From the NCBI GenBank assembly GCA_951406725.2, contig OX597824.1, positions 52,576,001-52,640,000 of the forward strand: a stretch of DNA of 64,000 bases, read 5' to 3'. Below, piece by piece: positions 55,727-64,000 of this stretch (positions are counted from its first letter, which is position 1; each line of letters opens with the position of its first letter). This DNA comes from Octopus vulgaris. Its lineage: Eukaryota. The notes below the pieces were generated by a model. It had not been told where the DNA came from, made no database searches, and was given only the letters and a program-made list of their open reading frames with translations. A program made the position numbers and the translations under genes.

Positions 55727-56056
55727 CAGTGGTTCTCAACCATTTTTTATCTATGGACTCCTTTGATTACCATTGTTTTGTTGGAATCTGCCCCCACCCC
55801 ATAGCCATTCAATATTTTAAAAATAGTTTTATAAAATCTTCTTTTAAACTTCCTATTTTGTTTTTCCCATATTTATTTGTATAGGTTGAACTATGTAAGA
55901 TGTTTGAGAAAGAAATTTAGCTGTTTCTTGCAATAAATACATCTAAAGTAAAATTTTTTCAGGGACCTTTAAAACACTATTGTGGATTCCCAGTTTGCTA
56001 TTTGTTTGCATGAACCCCATAAAATCTTATATGAACCCTCAGGGCACAAACCACTG
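55727..56056. mobile_element. hAT/Charlie-like MITE remnant
   Basis: CAGTGGTTCTCAACC ... AACCACTG termini; left flank ATTTAGAG resembles the Charlie target site. Confidence 0.6.
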
Positions 56057-56631
56057 GTGGTAGAAGAAGTTGATTCTTTTGTACTGGTAAATTTTTATTA
56101 TGTTTGTTTACTATATTCACTGTCGCTGCAATTCAGTACTATTACTTGATGTTGATTCACATGAAATTTCCATCAGCTATATCCATTTGATTAAGTAAAC
56201 ACCCTGCAGTGAACTTGTGAAGAATCATCACCTTCATAATACTGTAACTCACAATGGTAAACCCTGCCCCACCTCTGTAACACACACTCTCACCCATTCT
56301 AATACTCAGATTTACTGCACCAAGCACCAAACCTACCATGACCAATATAAGCTACCATTATCAAAATTGCAACTGTACTACCTTCTAACACTAACAACAG
56401 CTGCACATTCATAGTGTGTGCCTTAGATATCAATACAACCATCATTCCTATTATTACCACAGCAAAAACTATCAGCTTCAGCCTCTCCCCACTTCCATCA
56501 ACATTATTTCTACCTAATACAGCATGTCAACATGTCAGTTTCAATGCAATCATCTTCAGGCAGAAACCGGTGTATGTTTTAGCTAAATTATTGTTGATGA
56601 TATTGGTTTTTAGATATACAACAACAGTTTT

Positions 56632-56685
<54 letters not shown>

Positions 56686-57669
56686 TTCAGAAATCTTATT
56701 TTTGTTGCATGCATTCACAGCTCGGTGTTGGCAAATAATGAAATGATTAATTTGTGTTTTTCATGTAACATATACTTCTCAATGCTAGCTTGGTTTAGAT
56801 AGGAGTAACTTCAAGGCAGAATTATTTTATAAGTGGATACACTTCTTATACACTATATATGTATGTAGATACACCGCACACATACCACATGCATGTATAG
56901 TGGTGGAAATAGGGCAGATTGGTAGAAGCTACAGTCAGGTGTTGATCTTCAGAATATTCCCTGATAGCTTAATAGAAATAGTGGCAGTGGAGGTAACTGA
57001 AGATAGTGAAGGTATCTCTAACTATTGATACCATGGTTATCTCCAAACAACAGCTGAAGATAGAATGTCTTCAAGTGCAAATTATGTGGAGATAACTTGA
57101 AAGTAGGCATATATTTGTGAATGCTGTGCCAGAGAAAGTGTAATTTTACATATCCATACACATGCATTCACTGTCAGTTTTACATATACATACACACATC
57201 CATATACATACATTTGCTGTTGGGACGTACGAATAATAATGAGGCTAAGTTGTAATAATTGCTTTACTTTTTCTTTAAGTATGTAATATAATCGCTTGAT
57301 ATATTTATCATTCTCATTCATATCTCGTTTGTAACCAATATTATAGTTTTCCTTTCAGCATGCATTAATATTCTTGTAATATATACATATTTAAGCATTG
57401 TATTGCTTTTAGTAAAATTTTCAAACATTTTCAAGTTCAAAATAAGACTTTCATTAATCTTTTAGATACTTAAAGACTTTCTCTATTTTCCCACCCACTT
57501 TCACCATCCCCATCACCACTATCATAATGTTAGACATACACGATGTCCCCACCCCAACAACTAAAGTTTGTAATCCATCTGTTTATTTATTTTACCCTGA
57601 ATGTTTGAGTATCTGGAGAAATGGCAGTTCAGTAACAGTAATATTAATATTTGTATATTTGATAATGTA

Positions 57670-60345
<2,676 letters not shown>

Positions 60346-60476
60346 GATGCACACATGCACGCACGCACACATACACACACATTAGCACACTAGTTAAAGC
60401 AATTATATGCATGATTGTACAAAAGTGTGTGTGTGTGTGCACGCGCGCGCGCACGTGTGTGTATAAACAAACATGT

Positions 60477-60672
60477 ATTCTTTTATTCTTTTATTTGTTT
60501 TAGTCATCTGACTGCGGCTATGCTGGAGCACCACCTTTAGTTGAGCAAATCGACCCAGGACTTATTCTTTGTGAGCCTAGTACTTATTCTATCGGTCTCT
60601 TTTGCCGAACCACTAAATCACGGAGTCGTAAACACATCAACATTGGTTGTCAAGCGATGGTGAGGACACACG

Positions 60673-60714
<42 letters not shown>

Positions 60715-60858
60715 CGACGGTCTTTCAATTACCGTCTACCAAATCCACTCACAAGGCTTTGGTCGACACGAGGCTACAGTAGAAGACACTTGCCCAAGGT
60801 GCCACGCAGTGGGACTGAATCCGGAACCATGTGGTTGGTAAGCAAAATACTTACCACG
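60477..60858 (-). mobile_element. SINE family B, near full length
   Basis: Colinear with 33441-33849. Confidence 0.9.
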
Positions 60859-60860
60859 CA

Positions 60861-60894
<34 letters not shown>

Positions 60895-60985
60895 TCAGGT
60901 TATATTTCTGTGTGTATACAGTTCACACTATTATTTGCATATATGTGTGAACATAAGGTTGTTAACACATATTAATTAATAGACA

Positions 60986-61044
<59 letters not shown>

Positions 61045-61237
61045 CTTCTCTTTCTCCCTCTCTCGAACGCATTCACGCACACACATACTCAGGTTTATGC
61101 AAGTTTAGGAAGAAGTTCACATGCGTAAAATTATAGCGTCTTGTGTAAACACACAAGCATGTATGCACACACTCACATACGCATATATATATATAAACAC
61201 ACATAAAGAGGGAGAGAGAGTGAGAGCGAGAGGAAAA

Positions 61238-61287
<50 letters not shown>

Positions 61288-61677
61288 TTTGATATATACG
61301 AAATAAATAAACTTACATGAAAAAAAAAAGGGAAAATTTTTTAAATTACAATATCCATATAAATATGTATACGCAAGCACATGTCCAGACGTATAAGAAC
61401 CATATCTATCAACCATGGCAACGGTACTAGCCTCATCGATATCGGACAAACGAAATATATGATGCTCTTCAAATATACTGAATTTCGGACTGATTCTATT
61501 AAAGCATTGATTGAAGTTGAAGAGATATACAATGCATAGAACAACACATAAACTCGAGACAGAGATTCATTTTGAAAGATGTATGTATTCATATATACAT
61601 ACACTTATGCATACATTCATGTAGACATAGATGTATATAATCAAACAAAAACATATTTGTTAGATATGTATATGTCC

Positions 61678-61724
<47 letters not shown>

Positions 61725-61801
61725 AGGAGAAATGCGGGGGAGAAATAAAGAGATAGACATAGATCAAGGTAAAATATATCTTATAAATATCTTTTATCAT
61801 A

Positions 61802-61854
<53 letters not shown>

Positions 61855-62282
61855 AAATATATATGCCCATGGTGTATACATATATATATGTATGTATGTG
61901 TGTGTGTGTGTGTGTGTATGTGGAATGTGTGTGGTTGTCGATGTAAATGTAAAGGTGATTTTTGTAGTTGACGTCGAAAATTTGGTAAATGCATACATGG
62001 ACTATATATCAAGTATTCATATTTGTGTTGTGTCTCGTTTAAATTACGTAATATGCATATACTTTATGTTTAATCGGTTGATTTCATTATATACTCATGT
62101 GTGCGCGCGTATGTGTATGTATGTTTTTATGTATGTTTGTATATATGTACATATAATGATTTAGTTTTCCTTATGTCGGAAATAAAAGCATTGTCAATAA
62201 AAGAAATACAGCGGTAATTTTATATAATCGATGATAATAATATTTTGATATAATCTGTATTTTTATATAATCGATGGTGCAA

Positions 62283-62734
62283 AAGGGTGGAACGAAATGT
62301 GAAAAGATACTTTGGGGAGAATCATGCTCTATGGGAGAAAAAAGAGTTATTCCTCATCGATTGGTATTAGCCGTGAGTGAAATGTGTAAGCTATGGCAAA
62401 AACGAATTTACGCTCATGGGGGTAGCATTCGAAAATTTCGCTTTTAAGCTCGGTAAAGCACCTGGATCGTGTGAACTATTTAGAAGGATTCTCTTCTTTG
62501 CCAAGCAGAGTCTGCATCTCTTACTTCCATTAAGATAATGAAAAGGACAAGAGAATCATTCTTTAAAAATTCACACTATCCAGGGGCTTTCCTGGACTCG
62601 AAATGCGATATTGTGGAATTTTTGAAATTTCTGTAGCTGCTCTCATGAGCACGAATTTGAAAATAACACTCTCATTTCTCAGCAAAATAATTTTTCTCCA
62701 AAACTATTTTTTCGCAATATTTCGTTACACCCTT
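62283..62734. mobile_element. ~450-bp fold-back MITE
   Basis: aagggtggaacgaaat/atttcgttacaccctt; aatttacgctcatgggggtagc/gctgctctcatgagcacgaattt; aaagcacctggatcgtgtgaa/ttcacactatccaggggcttt. Confidence 0.8.
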
Positions 62735-62805
62735 ATGACATCATCGAAACAACATAGAGTCTGTGCTCCTCCAGTATAAAAGAGGCTACGTGCTTCCGGC
62801 CAGCA

Positions 62806-62865
62806 TGTTTGAAGAATCGTCAATATTGTCTCATGGCAATATTCGGCCTGAAACTGATTGTAACA
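62806..62865 (+). ncRNA. Degenerate hammerhead-like motif
   Basis: TGT-TTGAAGA-..AATATTGTC-TCAT-GGCAATATT..-GAAAC-TGATT-GTA^ACA; C3 is mutated to U. Confidence 0.4.
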
Positions 62866-63398
62866 CTCCAATCAGTTATGTGCTATAACCAGTAAAACGT
62901 TGTTTGACGATATGTGTGTGTGTATATATGTGTGGGGGTTGCGTGTGTATATATATGTGTGTGTGCGTGTGTGGTGTGCATACATGTATGTATACAGGTA
63001 GACAAATAGATATTTAGATATTGATTTATATATATATATACTCGTATACACAAACATATAAATACACACACATACACACGCGCAATATAGCATATAAAAG
63101 CAACAACACAATAAAAAATGATTATTGTAAATAAAACATTTAAATTTGAAAAGAATTTAAACGTTTTTTAAAATAATAAGTTACAAAATAACCGAAAATA
63201 TTTTCTCACCCTCCTCCCCTTGGCGAGAAATAATTTTAGAATTTCAGGAGCAGTTCATGAATTTTCATCTGTATATCAGTAGAGTTTCATTTGATTTGAT
63301 TTTTTGTGTATGCTTTTTAATGTTTTGAAATTTAACTTCTCATTTTATCAGTTTTTAAAAGTAATCCCTCTGTTAACACTTTGCACGCACACATACAC

Positions 63399-63464
<66 letters not shown>

Positions 63465-63746
63465 GCATACATATATAAATACATACATACATGCATACAC
63501 ATGCATACACACACAAACATATATGTACATACATATATATGCCCGTATATGTATATGTGTCTGTATGTTTGAGTATATATATGTATGCGTCTATGCATAT
63601 ATATTTATATGTATAAACACCTACATGTTTATATATATGCATCCATACATCTATACATGTATGCATTAAATGTATCTGCATATATAAATGCATATATATA
63701 TATATATATATATATAGACATATACATATATATATGTATATATGTA

Positions 63747-63816
<70 letters not shown>

Positions 63817-64000
63817 TTCTTAATCCATAACTATAATTTAATAATTTTCGACGACTAACGTCAGAATTATGAATATCTCACCATTTTTATTATTTTGCTT
63901 GAGCTAGCATTCATAGTTCTGACAATAGTCTGTGTCACATTTTTATTTTCTGAAACTAAGTTTATTGTAATTTTTTTTTTAATATTTTTTCTTCTTTGAA

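Overview
This is AT-rich eukaryotic DNA saturated with microsatellites. The SINE and LINE families resemble those of octopus or other coleoid cephalopods (recognised from memory, not by database search). No intact protein-coding gene, rRNA or genuine tRNA gene can be supported; almost all long ORFs in the track are translations of (TA)n, (CA)n or trinucleotide repeats. The window is a mosaic of three tRNA-headed SINE families, decayed LINEs (Tx1/L1-like, RTE, R4/Dong-like, CR1-like), Penelope-like element (PLE) fragments, Tc1/mariner and hAT remnants, and MITEs. The most interesting signal is a dispersed set of minimal type-I hammerhead-ribozyme-like motifs (CUGANGA...GAAAC-palindrome-GUH) in short PLE-type non-autonomous elements. 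Several of these elements form fold-back hairpins sitting in (TA)n tracts. A second signal is a CpG-decayed domain at about 17.5-57 kb that looks like a methylated gene body and contains weak micro-exon candidates. All calls were made by eye and repeat boundaries are approximate.
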